Made by a program: the position numbers and the translations under genes. The notes under the pieces are model-generated. The model had not been told where the DNA came from and searched no databases. It saw only the letters and a program-made list of their open reading frames with translations. This document shows, piece by piece, positions 1 through 13,177 of a stretch of DNA of 64,000 nucleotides (position 1 is the first letter of the stretch; every line of letters begins with the position of its first letter). Origin of the DNA: Marsupella aquatica (lineage: Eukaryota > Plantae > Marchantiophyta); assembly GCA_973895155.1 (NCBI GenBank), contig OZ316896.1, positions 16,409,752 to 16,473,751 on the forward strand. The letters run 5' to 3'.

Positions 1-1223
1 GTCAGAGTCTGAATCTCTGGCTGAATACAGTCTTGCAAAGAGAATCGGATAGAACCTGATCATCGTTCCCCTCGAACTCTGGCTTTTAAATGACTTCGAT
101 GAGATATATACTCGGTGGCTTATTGATGCCATCATTCATGTCGCCAGTCTCTCAGATGTTTGTTCTTTCTCCGAACAATCTGCCGCGTATTGACAATCGC
201 AACAGGACATGCTAATTTACTGATTTGGCAGACTTGTTGAATCCAACATGGACAGGCTAATTTACTGATTTGTCAGCTGGTGGCCATGATTTGAGCATTG
301 ACTTTCGGTATCATCCCCGGCCCCTGACGCTATAAGGTTTCCGAGTTAAGGTTTCCGAGTTATTCGGACTTGTGTGATTTGAGAAGTTGGAGAGTTGCTT
401 TACTACAGTACCGTAGTGGTGGGACTACCGGTAGGCCAGGATCCCCTTTACGTCTGTACAAGAACGAGACGGTGTATTGAAACTCGCATTCTTCGACCAT
501 TTATATGGCTCCTTTGGTTTACTATGTCATGAGTTTTGTCTTCCACTGTCGGACGATCCATATGACGTACACTGTAACGAGGTTCTTCAATCCGAGCGTC
601 AATCGCGCTTGTTTCGTTTGCTCGCGGTCCTTTGATCGGTCAATTCCATGGAAGATGTTCACGTTGTCTCACGTAATTCACCTGGCTGTCGGGACAGTTC
701 TAATACCTCCCGGACACAGTATGCAGAGGACGCTTGGGAAGGCAGAAGCCAGCTATTTATTCAAGCGAAAGCTCTGTTGAGATTTCCGGATAACGAGATT
801 GCCCGTCTCGGCTGGGGATTTGGACGGAGGAATGTACGAAGCGGCGTTGGAAATGTCGAGGAATTTGGTTTGTTCCGCCTCGATCGTGTGCCAGGTGATC
901 ATCGCTACATGGTGCCGCTCTCAGCCGCTCAACACAGATCAAGGGCAGCATCAATTCAACGGATAAATCTACGAGTATACTTGACTGGCGAGGCCGGCAA
1001 TCACGCTCAGCTGCTACAGCCTGAAACTCGAACGCCATCGATCGAAAGCATATTAATTAACACTTCCTCGGATTTTCCAGGAATTGAGCTTGCTTGGCTC
1101 TCAAATACGACGGTCAGCTTTTCAGCTTGAGGTTGAATAAATCGCCACTCCACCTGCAATTCTCTTCGCTTCCAGACGTCCAATCGCCTCCCTTCCTCAT
1201 CATCAGTCAGCCTAATGAGTTCA

Positions 1224-1395
1224 ACTCAGTGCCTTGGGAATTCCGTGGACGGTTCGCGTCAATCCTTTCGAGCTTGAATAAAACTCACCGCGAGAGCCGC
1301 TGTAGCTGCTGTCACCTCAGTGCCTGAATTCTGTGGATCGTTCGCTTCAATCCTCTACAGCTTGAACTTCCATCACCGCGGGAACTGTTGTAACA
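1224..1395. repeat. Degenerate direct duplication (~92 bp unit x2) upstream of AWPM-19
   Basis: 'ctcagtgcct..gaatt.cgtgga.cg.ttcgc.tcaatcct...agcttgaa...tcaccgcg' occurs at ~1225 and ~1316. Confidence 0.7.
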
Positions 1396-1588
1396 GTCCG
1401 ACTGTTACGAAAGTGAGTGCTGCTGCTTTTATTAACAGTCCGGCTGCCTTCAGAGGAAATAGAAGCTCCGGACCTCTGTTCAAGCATACTCTCGGGGGGC
1501 GAGTGAATTGAACATCCTTACAAGTCGATCATACACATAAAATCACTTTCACAAGCTGGGGGCTTATTGTCCCCTAGTGTCTAAGACG

Positions 1589-2086
1589 ATGGCGTTACCA
1601 CCAAGGCGTGGTTTCGGAAAACTTCTCTTGGCTCCGCTTCTGGTATTCAATTTCGCGGCTACCATCGTCTTCTTAGGCCTGGCAGCGTGGTTGGCGAACC
1701 TCATAATTGATAACCTGAACTTATTGTTACAAGGTTTATACGACACGCAGGCGAACACGCAGGATTTGTTCGACGTCTTCGAGGGCTCTGCCGCGAACCC
1801 TTTGATCCTCTTAGCCGCACTGATCGCTGGAGTGGTTACCGTGACGTCGTACATCGTCGGTCTGCATCACGTGAGGGTGTGGACAACACCGAGCGCAACT
1901 GCAGCACAGTCAGCCGCCTGGATCGCCTTCGGACTCCTGATGCTCCCCTTTGCTCTGGTGTGGAGGGAGATCGCACTCGGCGCTCAACCCAGCGACAAAG
2001 CATTAGTGGTGGAAGCGTTTGTGATCATCGTCACGGTCGTGCACTTGGCTTACACGCTACTCTTGTATGTACCTGATCGAGGATAG
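1589..2086 (+). CDS. AWPM-19-like membrane protein (ABA/desiccation-induced family), single exon
   Basis: ATG at 1589 inside ORF 1577..2086. Four hydrophobic segments with family-like motifs 'LLAPLLVFNF..LGLAAW', 'GLHHVRVW....A.AA.SAAWIA' and 'REIALG...ALVVEAFVIIVTVVHLAYTLLLY'. Confidence 0.85.
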   Translation: MALPPRRGFGKLLLAPLLVFNFAATIVFLGLAAWLANLIIDNLNLLLQGLYDTQANTQDLFDVFEGSAANPLILLAALIAGVVTVTSYIVGLHHVRVWTTPSATAAQSAAWIAFGLLMLPFALVWREIALGAQPSDKALVVEAFVIIVTVVHLAYTLLLYVPDRG

Positions 2087-2900
2087 GTAGACACAATTAT
2101 AAAGCCACCATTCGCCGTGATTCTTATCACAAAACAGAAGCGCACAGACTGATAGATTCAAGCAGGTAGGCAAGCGAGCTGAGGACTGAGGGTAGCTCAT
2201 AATCTACCAACTCGACCTGTCCAGGAGTAGTGTGAAATGTTTCTGAAAACACGCAGCTCCTTCTGTATTTGAATTATACTGAGTTTTTCCCCCTAGTCTA
2301 GAGTTTGATGTCTATGTCGCACGGTAATGTACAGGACTGAGTGGTGGAAATCCTCAGGGGATTCCTGCATCACCCTTGCTGAACTTGTAATTGTTTGCTC
2401 ATTCTAATGGAAGTTTTCCCTCTTGACCGTCTTAGGAATTGTGCGCTCATCAGGCAATTGCTGGTTAGCGCTGTCCATCTGCACTCCACTGTTTCTGATT
2501 TGATTTGGCATCCCGTGAAATAGACATACTTGCGAGGGACAGACGCAAATCATGTGGTGATTGATTAAGTTAGAAAGCGGACGTGGTGACAAGGTCCTGG
2601 CACAAAGTCTGCTCGTGTGCGAACAGAAAAAGTTTGCTTAATCAACCATTGTCTCACAAGTTGCAGAAGCTGAAGAAATTGATTAGGGAGTGTGAGAGAG
2701 TCCTGGGACATTATATTACACCACATACAAACCAAACTGCAAGAGAAGACCACATACAAACCGAAGAGAAGACAGGGTCATTGTAGCGTGGGAAAAATTT
2801 TACTCGCATGGTCACATGACCCCTAATTTTTCTATATGCAAGTGTCTAGCTAACAATAACCTGGTTGATAACATCCATTTTGGGGATTACACGTTTTGTT

Positions 2901-3045
2901 AGGGCTCTCGCTAGCCATGTGGAGTCATAAAAAACACACAAAAATTAGAAAAGGCAGCAAAAGAAATTTAAAAGGGCTCTCGCTAGCCATGTGGAGTCAT
3001 AAAAAACACACAAAAATTAGAAAAGGCAGCAAAAGAAATTTAAAA
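2901..3045. repeat. Near-perfect tandem duplication, ~72 bp x2
   Basis: 'agggctctcgctagccatgtggagtcataaaaaacacacaaaaattagaaaaggcagcaaaagaaatttaaa' starts at 2901 and 2973. Confidence 0.95.
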
Positions 3046-3183
3046 ACACAAGTGTCTCCTTAACAATACTCTCCTAGCTAACAAAATTCCTATTTGCTTG
3101 CATTATAGAATATCTCAAGAATACAGGTCAGTGAAGTGGAGGGCAGTGATTAGTGAACGGCAGACACTCAGAGATTTTACACG

Positions 3184-3308
3184 TAGAAAGATGAAAGCCC
3201 AACAATAGGAAAGCCAATTGAGGTATACTCTACTTGTTAGAAAATGTTACATAGAAAGATTGAATCCCAACAATAGGAAAGCCAATTGAGGTATACCCTA
3301 CTTGTTAG
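3184..3308. repeat. Tandem duplication, ~68 bp x2
   Basis: 'tagaaagat...cccaacaataggaaagccaattgaggtatac.ctacttgttag' starts at 3184 and 3252. Confidence 0.9.
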
Positions 3309-3737
3309 GAATCGATGAGCCCCTGTGAGGTATTTTAATACATAGAGTGGCGGTCAAGTCACACAAAAAATACTATGTTCTCTCAAGCTTCTTAGTTAGA
3401 GATGGTGGACTCACTAGTTGTAGCATAGCCCACCTCTAATTTAGCCCACTAACCTGGACCATGGCCTTCCACAAAAGCCTATCATTTTTGGACCGTGACC
3501 TACCATCTTGGACCTTTTCTAATAGAATTGTCATCAAACTCAGCTCATACAAGGTAAAATTGCCAAAAGAAACTAACCGTTTGAATATTTTGATTGTGAG
3601 CCAAAGTGCAAACAAATTCAATTGGCTTAACGTGAAAGCATGAAAAATAAAACTTATTTAGTTGGAAACAAAGAAAATTAATTTCTGTATGCACTGAATA
3701 GTAAACAAATGAAAATTAAAGGGCAATGACTGGAAAC

Positions 3738-3898
3738 CTGAAAAGAGAAATTATAATGAAATCAATTCAATTTGATTCTCAGGTTCACATGAAACTGGAA
3801 ACGAGAAATGATAATGAAATCATTTCAATCTGATTATCAAATTCACATGAAACCTGAAAAGAGAAATGATAATGAAATCATTTCAATTTGATTCTCAG
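3738..3898. repeat. Tandem repeat, ~58 bp x3
   Basis: 'ctg(g)aaa.gagaaat.ataatgaaatca.ttcaat.tgatt.tca' at 3738, 3795 and 3854. Confidence 0.85.
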
Positions 3899-3914
3899 CT
3901 TCTTTATGAGGGAC

Positions 3915-4060
3915 CTTGTCTATTGTTGGGGTGGTTGTTGGCGTTTTGTCATTGTTTGGGGTGTGTGTGGCCCTCTGTGTGGTTTGTTGTCTTCCTTGCT
4001 GGTCTTTGCCGCCATGGCTTTTCTAATAAACACATATTTTCAACAATAAAAAATTAAATT
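3915..4060 (+). mobile_element. 5'-truncated L1 LINE 3' UTR fragment with AATAAA and A-rich tail
   Basis: Aligns by eye to the reverse complement of 31345..31480, the 3' end of the zf-RVT LINE: 'tgttggggtgg..ttggcgttt..gggtgtgtgtg.ccct.tgtgtggtttgtt..gctggtctt..tggctt.tctaataaaca..tattttcaa'. Confidence 0.8.
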
Positions 4061-5947
4061 AAATTAAATTAAAAATGAACGGGTTGAAATGAAAACAAAT
4101 AGGGTTAGAAGTGACAAAATGGGTGAAACGAAGGGTGCTTAGTGTCTGCTCTTAAGTCCAAAAATAAGTTGATTGTGTTAAGCCCCCAAAAGAAGTAAAT
4201 TATGGTAATGACAGAGATTGACTTATGATACTCAACAACTGTGGTTGAGATTGTAGGGTAGTGTTGTGAACTCAAGTAGTCTCATTTTGTTCTAGCAGAA
4301 CTGTTGGCGACTTAGAGCAAATTAAGCACATCCCCAAACTTTTCTGGCAGTTTTGATTCCATTTCAAATCCTGTTCATCTGAGACACCCTGAACTCATAC
4401 GGATCCATGCCCAAATAACAATTGATTCACCCCCATTCCTTGCAACTCAATGTAAGTAATGGTGCAACATTTTTGTGACAGGGTCCAACAAATCTGGAAG
4501 CCTTTTGTCACATTTATAACATACTAGCCCGATGCATGTGCGTTGTACAAAAGATGTCAAGGTGAGGAAAAGATGTCAAGGTGAAAAATGATGTTGATGA
4601 GCTAGAGAAAGAGATGTCCAGGTGAAAAAAAATGTAAAGATGAGAAGAACATGTTTGAGGATTTAATGAAATTGTTTATTGGTAATTATGAAACTTGCAG
4701 AATCTTACTGACATATTGTTCATATTACTAGTGCGGCCTTGTCACTTCTAGCTTAGGGCATCTTCTTTGGGTTTCGTCCCAAAATTGAGATTGGGAACAT
4801 CAAGCAAGAAATAAGCCGAGTCAAAGAGTTTAATTGCTCTCAATTACCAAACACAGGACCAAACATCCTTATTCCCATATTGCATTGTGTCTCCACCATA
4901 CATTACCACTTGAAACCCTGCCTGGAGACATCACTACTTTAACTTCCAGAAAGTAGTAGTCGAGGTAGTCATTCTTTCTTGCGTCCAAGCACCTGCTCAA
5001 GTTGAAAGCAAAAGGTAACAACAGTTTATGCCCCAATTGTCTCAAAGTCAAAAGTCTCACTTTGTGATTGATTCACAGAAAATCAAGTGAAACTAGAAAC
5101 CATATTGAACCTATTCACTAAGTTTCTTTTGGAGAAAATCAGATGGTCTCCAAATTGGTGTCCACCTGGAAGAGGAACAAATGAAACATAACCCTAAGGG
5201 GTTGGTGGAGGCATTTGGGTGGAGCACGTTGAGATGTCGGAAGGGTGGATGAAGTGATGAGGATGTGCACATTGAGGTAGAGGGTTGGGTCAATTGGGAC
5301 AGCATTGATCAAGGCATGCTGAGAGGTCTTAAATTACTAAGCCAAGGCAGCCGAGGTTCAGCACCCTGTAAAGAGCTACATTGGTAAGAATATATGCTAC
5401 ACACTTCAATTGTTATTTATATCTCCCTAAGTGATGGTCCATTGAAGAAGCCAGAGCCCTAGTTTGGGGCCCCATTGAGAATAAACTCCAACTATGTGTG
5501 TAACTTAAATTTTAAAAATACTTTATTATATGGAAAATATAAACAACAAATAGCCTGGTCAAATTCATTATACAAATATCACATAATATAACTTGTAGTC
5601 AGATTAGAAAAAATGATTTATAAGATTTACTTAAAATATATTTTAAAACACCTTAATTTATTTGCACCTCATCCTTTTAGTACATAAGGTGGGACTAAGC
5701 TCTCCTTGCCAATGTCAATAAAGTAGACAATTGACATATAATGAAGGGTCACTTGTCATATATGTGGAGGTACCATATCAATATATATTTGAGTAACTTT
5801 TCTATTTGCTTTTTTCATGAACATAGGGGCATTCCCAAAATTGGATGATGAAACTCAATGTTAAAATAATTTGTTTTTCAATGGTTTTTTTTCAATGGTT
5901 TTAGTCACTAGCTTGTGTTATTCAAAAATATATACACTCACCATTTT

Positions 5948-6545
5948 TTAGGCTCGTTTATAATAAGCGCACCTGGAGCCTGCTGCTCATGGGGATCAAC
6001 TTAGTATAATGTTTCAATATAACTTGCAATCCTGACCTAATTCAAAATAAACTCCTATTTTAAAAAGAGAATATTCTAGAAATTTATACTTTGAATGTTA
6101 AACAATCTATTTAACTTTGCATAAGGTATAAAGAATATGTTTTAGTTGTGTATTGTAAAACACCTTATTTTATTTCTATGCTTTAGTTATTAATTATAAT
6201 AAAATAATATAAAAATACCTATTTTGGATTCATTATTTCTTTAGGCTCACTTATGATAAGTGCATCATTTGTAAAGGAAATATTGCAAAGGGAATCAACT
6301 TAGTGTATTTTTCAATACCAAGTGTGATTCCTGGTGTGATTTCGGCCTACGTAAAACACTTGTATAATTCAAAAAATAAATTCTAGAAATATTTACACTT
6401 TGAATGTCTAATGATCTATTTTATTTTAGACATAGTATAAAGTAAATAACATCATCTATTTTTGTATTACACAAATAACTTATTTTATTTCGTACACTTT
6501 ATAACATTTTGGCTATAGAGGTATGAAAATGCATATTTTGGATCG
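5948..6545. repeat. Degenerate AT-rich tandem duplication, ~294 bp x2
   Basis: 'ttaggctc..ttat.ataag.gca', 'atcaacttagt.ta', 'ttctagaaat' and 'tttgaatgt' recur in the same order from 5948 and 6242. Confidence 0.75.
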
Positions 6546-7597
6546 CACATAACTCTATTCAGATTTTGGTGATGCCCCTGCTCGTTCGATAGCCCACGGT
6601 CGTGCTGGTTCTGATTCTGCTTGAGAAGACTCCCATGTAAATCGTTGTGGTGGTGAAGGGGAAGATATTAAATTCTGCGAGTGACCATGACCAGAATTGA
6701 AGAATTCGGTTGGAACAAGAGAAAGTATTAAACCCGAAGTTCTGGCTAGAGCATGAGAAAATCCTTGTCATGCTGGAGGAGAAGGTTTCAAAATTGGAGT
6801 GATGGTTAAGCTAGACTTCCATGTAGCTAATGATTCATAGACGCCAGACAAAGCCTTCCGAGTAGATGAAATATAGAATGATAGATCCAACAGCTTTTTC
6901 TAATTGGATGATGAACAAAAATTGGCAGGATCCGTTATTATAGTAGTGGATCTTGTTATTTGGCTTTTGAGCAAAGTTTTTGGGCAAAGTTTTCTATGAT
7001 GTTAGGCCATGATCAGCCAAATATTGGACAGAAACATCTACAGATCAACAATAAAAAGATGCAAACTATCATGTATATCAAATATGACAGTCAACACTTT
7101 ACAACCTAGAGGTTTGTCATGATGATCTAGAACATCAATAAACCATGTATATCAAAGGAGGATTCCATGACTATCAGTTTCATTGCATGTGATGGGCCTA
7201 TTCTTTCATCATTCTACAAATGTGAAGTTTGCATGTTCATTAACTTCCAACCTTCGGGCACAATACTTGAGGCAACTAGTATTACCTGTACCAATTTCTT
7301 CCCTACCATGACTTTAGCATTTTGAAATCTTGGTAACAAAATTAAGGGTCCTCTTGCTTTTGTGTGGTGCTTAAATATGGTGTATAATCATCTGACTTTA
7401 ATTAAGATTTGCTACAAAGTTAGCAGATGCATATTATCAGACTGACTTGTCCTAAAACCATTGGACTTGATATTTCTTTGTATCTATCTCATTCCTTGGT
7501 CAAATGACCATAGCCAGCAGGCTCTCTCCCTAAACCACACTAGCAAAGCTCAACTCAATGAAGTGTTTGTTTGTGATTTATCAGTCAAATTCATCTA

Positions 7598-7731
7598 CAC
7601 TGTTCACCATAATTAGTGTGACTAACACTAATTCTAGAGCACCCATTTTTAGGGTCTACTCGCGAATTAGTGTTGGTCACACTAATTTTGTACTAACATT
7701 ATTTCTGCGCACATGAATTAGTGTTACAGTG
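7598..7731. mobile_element. Miniature palindromic element (MITE-like) with CACTGT...ACAGTG termini
   Basis: Terminal inverted repeats cactgttcaccataatt / aattagtgttacagtg. Internal 24-bp inverted repeat 7611..7634 vs 7664..7687 matches 23/24. No clear TSD. Confidence 0.55.
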
Positions 7732-8681
7732 GTCTTAAGAGTGAAAAAATAGAGGGAAAACAACTATTTTGAAAAATTCACAACAATTAGTGTTACCAAC
7801 CTGGTTCATCTTGTGTTATCAATGGTGAGTCATTGTGTTCTTGGAAATTAAAACAACTTCATTTCAATGTAATTTAAGTTTATTATTCAAAATTGATTTA
7901 ATGTGGTTTGATTAGGATTTAAATTATAGATGACTGAAAACTCACATATAATGATTGATGAACATTAAATAAATGATTTAATATCTTCTTAGTGGCTGTG
8001 AAAAAAGGCCCTTGTGATGGATAGTTTTTATGTGAATGCTACAAGGGTGTTCAGATCAAAAATTAATATTTGTCAAATTCACAAACATTGTATTTTTATC
8101 TTTGAAAAATGCATTTTCTAGGGTTTTCCATGCTGCCCACCAATTCAAGAGATACCTGTTCATATAAAAATAATAATTTTCATCCATTAAAGAACTATAA
8201 CTACCGTTTAAAAAAGTATGTTTTAGTTTACAATGAAACTAAAGCTTGGATGGACTACCATTTGAATACAATGTTCCTTTGGACCACATTTTGCTAGTAG
8301 ATGGGAATTTGGGGCCACAACCTAATGATTAGGAGTTCAAAAGTAAACTCAATTTGCACCTACAAGGCAACTCGAGAAGTAAGAGACATGAAAAACACAA
8401 GCCTGCATGAAAATATTTCATGGTAACACAATGAAAATCAATCTAATCAAATTTACTCCTCCACATTTTATGCTAAAATCCCAACCAAATTGCTAAAAAT
8501 TCACCATCACTTTGAAGGAAATAATTGTGATAATTTTATATTAATAATTCCAAATATTTCTTAGTTTTGAATGTGTGCAGTAGGAATAAGTACCCTAGAG
8601 TACAATGATTTTTGGTCATTTGGATTGAATTATTCATTGTGGAATGTGACGGGGTAAATTCAAACAAATTAATTCTAGGTT

Positions 8682-9850
8682 TTATATTAGCACAATTAAA
8701 TTCACAATAATATGGCACAATTCAGAGAGAAGGATCATGGAGGCAAGCTTCCTTTTCTGAACACGGATAGCTCCATGGATAGAATCATACAGCGACCCGT
8801 GACTCCAAATCAGGGCCCGTGAGTGCTGCAGGAGTAGTTGCACTTCCTGCCAAAGAGCCTGGACTCTGCGACACCCGAAAAACAGATGTTCATTATGTTC
8901 AAAGTGGAGGTGGCACCTCTCACTCATGCCGTCACTCACCTTCCATTTACTGGCCCTACCGTTAGTGAAGAAACCATGTTGAAATGACCTCCAGACAAAG
9001 AAGCGGACTCTTGGCAGGGTCCATCCTCCCCGCAATTGTTTCCAGCGTTGTTGCCAGGATACCTCTGTCCCCAGCTGACCCCATCTGCCATTCAATTTGG
9101 TAGTGTCATATAGAGCTGGGAAGGACCAGTGCACCCACACTCGATTGGGGAAGCTCCATCCCCAGTTTCTTCCAGTCCAGTTCCATTTCCAACCGGTGCT
9201 CTGAAATAGTTGTCCATCAGTTGTGCCATCTTGTCAAGTTAAGAGTGAGTGAAAAGCCTGGAATTCGGGGAACCCCACCTGTCTATGAGATCTGAGCCGA
9301 TAGCTAAGCTCCTCTACTTTAAGCCACTGGTGTTCATGGTCTTGTAGATCAGCAATAGTCCAGATCCCCCGATTTGCTAGATATCTTCTCAGGTTCACTT
9401 GGTTTGAGCCGTTGTCTGCTGGTTCCTCTCGTAAAGGAGCACCGTTTGCTCCACGGTAAGCTGGCCGGGAAGGGTGCCAGCTCCAAAGGTAAAGTGCAGG
9501 TGATTCCTTTTCTCCATCCACCCACCCCCCAGCAGTCCCTTCAACGTTGGAGAACCCTGGATGTGAATGTGGGGTGAAAGGAGCATAGCCTCCGATGGAG
9601 ACCACAGACGTCTCTCCTTCTTGCATGGCCCACGTCTTAGCGAGCACTTAATAAGCACATTTGCCATAGCTACCCATTCCTTAGGCTCACCGCACAAGAG
9701 CTTGACAACATGTCACATCTTCAGCGCAGTGGCCTGGTCAGCAAAGGGGAGAATGCCCAATCCCCCAACCAGCTTAGGCCTGGCAATATCCTAGGCCTGG
9801 CAATATCCTTCCATGCAATGAGGGCCTTCTTGTTGCCACCCTGCTGGTTA
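8682..9850 (-). mobile_element. Degenerate L1 LINE ORF2 fragment (post-RT region and zf-RVT)
   Basis: 'PRVRFFVWRSFQHGFFTN.RA.KWKVSDG...RCH...EHNEHLFFGC' is zf-RVT-like, and a 'KKALIAWKDIARPKLVGGLGI' motif lies near 9750-9830. Several frameshifts. Confidence 0.85.
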
Positions 9851-10469
9851 CAAGGACTCGTAATCATGAAGTTATAAGATCAAGGGAAACCACCAAAGAG
9901 CCAAGGAGAAAATAAAACAATTGTTAGATAGAGCCCTCCCAGGATACTGTGGTACCAGCTGATGCGGCAAAGCAACACAACTACTCTAGTTCTCGGGTTT
10001 TGAGTGTTTGATGAGTAAAGTACTATTGGTTACTGCGCTAATTCACACAGTCAGTCTTAGTTACTGTGCTGAGATACACAGTCACAGTCTTTCAGCTTAT
10101 CCAGTAGTTTGTACAGTGCCGTAGAATTATATATAATGCGACACGACCCGCGAAACGCTCAGTTGCTGGGACTGCGAAACTCAATGACTGCTTGCTCTAG
10201 ACCTCGACCTTCCAGTGCTACAAATCTAGGACGGTCCGCAACAACCTTGACAGACGAAATTCCAAGCACGCTTCTAATTCTGAAGGTGGATCATATGTCC
10301 TACTGCCGTACCGGACAAATGGTCACCAATCAAAGCAGCTTCACCAATGTCCTCATTCAAAGATACTACGGTAGAATTATCACCGAAACCTCAGTGATTC
10401 CCAACAATGGTTGGCTTTCAGTATTTGATAGTTGCTGACACTAGATACAGCCAGGTTATATCGCAAATA

Positions 10470-12587
10470 CTAGTCACCATGCCGCTTCCAACCCGCCCAT
10501 TCATCGACTGTTGGAGTGCTAATGCCAACCTTTCGCAAGTCATAAAGATTAGCTGAATAACACAACAGAACACAACACAGTCAAATCGAATCAAACCATT
10601 TTCAACATCAACAAGTCACCTTGCCACATAAACCTAGACTTTCCAAGATAAATCTCATCCAAAACTCATCAACTAGATACCTAAGATCCATTCATTGTTA
10701 TCCTTTTATCACTTAATTGTTTTTGCACTTTTCCTTTCTCTGGTCCGAATAGGAGGGGAAATTATCAACCAGTAGTGTTTGTTGCTGAGCAATTACCCCA
10801 GAGACACAGTCTCTTCAGCTACAAATTCAGCTTGCTTCTGCTTAATTATGGTGAGACCATAGCAGTTCAGACAAGCTGAAAACCCAACTCGAATTCAAGT
10901 GAAGCATACCTCCTACAAGGTGGACGTACCTTCATGAACTTCAGGAGTGGCAGCCGCAGTGGCATCAGCTAGGACAACCACCTTGGGATAATCTAAGGCC
11001 AACGCATCAAATACAGTTGCTCGAATGCAGTTTGGAGTTTGTACCCCTGCAAAATTAGAACAGCCGTATTCATAACAGTCTATCTAAAGGAATCCAGTGT
11101 ACTGATAAGGAATATTAGCTAATCTTTCGAAGCCATCACCTTGGCATAATCTAACGCCAAAGCATCAAATACAATTGCTCGTGCAATTTGGAATTGTACC
11201 TATGAAAAATTCTGACACCCGAATTTGTAACTTTCTATCTGCAGGAACATGGAACCCGATACCGAATGTACAGAGAAATTTACTACACTAAGTTTACAGA
11301 GAAATCCTCCAGGAAAGAGTGCCCTCACCGACAACCACAACGTTCGTGATGGCCATTCGACGAAGTATCAAATCCAGGTTGGTGGCAAAAAAGGCACTGA
11401 ATCGAGACTTGACCATGATGACCTCTCCACTCTTTGGTTCCAACCCATCCACTAATTCCGCCCCTTCGCTCCCTTTCACGGTCGGTCCAACTACTCCATC
11501 AGCATACAGATGTGTTCGAAATAGCTCCACATCTCTCCCAGTTACATCATGTTGTCGTACCACCTGTGAAGTAAATATACCCACAGACGCTCAGAATCAC
11601 TTCGTTGGATGAGGAAATGACCAAAACATTGCCCTGAAATCCAAGAATCTTCACAAGCCCAACATTCAGGCACAACAGCTCCTGTCATCAGTAAAGACTT
11701 GATAAGAAAAAGCCTCTTCTCGTGAAAGGAGTACATTTCCATCAAATCTTGTGGACTTATTTAACCATCTCGATGTCCTATCTTAGAGCAAACAAACTCT
11801 CGCCAAATTGAAGGTAATCAAGCTTCATTAGAAGCCAATGGACGACATAAAATGCATTACTTCTCAAAGCATACTGCCCCACATAAAGGCAGCTGTCATA
11901 TACAGGTCACGCTTCCAAATGCCATAAAATAAATTCATTGGCAGCAAACCCGATCTTAGACCGTAAATATTAGAAGAAGCAATGCTTGTGCATCAGAACT
12001 GTAAAGGACTTACCCATACGACATGTGCACCCTTGGCACGAGAAACTTCCACTGCATTTTTCACTTCAGCCACAACTCCTGAACCACCTGCAACATGTAA
12101 AGGCCCTCCAGCTAGGACAAAGTCATTCTGCAATATAAGGCCACAGTTGAGATATTTCAAAGGCCCGTCCTTTCCAAAGACAGAATTCTGTAGAAAATTC
12201 AAAGAAAACACGTCACACGTGCCAGGAAGGCGCCTGAATGGCTGAATCCCCACTATGCTCACTCACTACTCTCCATGTCCTTTTCTGCCAAATTTCATTC
12301 AGAAGCAAAAGTACCTACATTGACGCGTTCGTTCAGAAAGTAATATAAACTTGTAAAACAAATATATTTGTTAACATTCTAGAAAAGACAGTCCCACACT
12401 TGTGCTCCAAAAGCGTAAGAATAGAGGTAGTCAATCTATGAGTCCTCCATATTCCCATGGCAGACGACGTGCTTCCACAATACCAGAAACTGGGAAAACA
12501 TACCTGCATATCCACCACAATCAATGCCGTGTGTTTCCAATCAAATTCTGGTCTCGGATCTACGATTTGGTCCCCACTTGGTGCCAT
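10470..12587 (-). CDS. Isochorismatase-family cysteine hydrolase (nicotinamidase-like), 5 exons
   Basis: Exons 12587-12504, 12127-12014, 11563-11329, 11046-10930 and 10552-10470, all GT-AG and phase-compatible. Motifs TALIVVDMQNDF, K.RFSAFFAT.LD, GVQTPNCIRATVFDALALDY and LADATAA give the D-K-C triad. Confidence 0.92.
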
Positions 12588-13177
12588 TGGAATGCAAATT
12601 TAAAGATCCTGTTTGTAAACCTAATTCTACAAGAGCTTCGACTTGAGAAGAGAAGACGAGTTCTCAAAACCTCTGGAACAACGTTCCTGCACATGTCGTA
12701 GCAAAAGGGAGGCAAATTCCAGCTGTCAGCATGGAGGAAGACAACAATGTGTGCATCAACATTACAGATGATACACTACCTAACTTCAAAGCCAGTAGCC
12801 AGGCTGATCATTTGAACGAAGGGCCAGAACACTGCTGCGGATCACGATGGTGACGACTCACGCATTTATTGATGAATTCAGTGAAGAAAAATAGACTCAC
12901 ACATTATCGTGAGTGCATACACGGCTGAAATTGCCTGCCTTTTCAGTCTTGGATTTCCATCAAATTAACTCTATCTCCATGACAGGAGCGTAGTCTCGCC
13001 AAACATTACTAATCTCAGGAAAACTCTGTGCTATGCTGTGCTGTGCTCAAACCAGCCTACAGACTCCGCAGCATCACTGGACCACGAGACGGTTCCCTAA
13101 GTCAATTCTCACTTCCACGATTACGAGTTACAATAAGGTAATCGTCAAACAACCAGCTCCGCCCCGCGGCGCCCCCG

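Noticed and set aside
648-1130. 160-aa ORF upstream of AWPM-19
   Set aside because: No recognisable motif or compositional signal. More likely a chance ORF in the promoter or leader.
4750-7560. Weak coding-like patches (4869-5060, 6560-6900, 7060-7560)
   Set aside because: Probably very old TE debris, but no motif I can assign.
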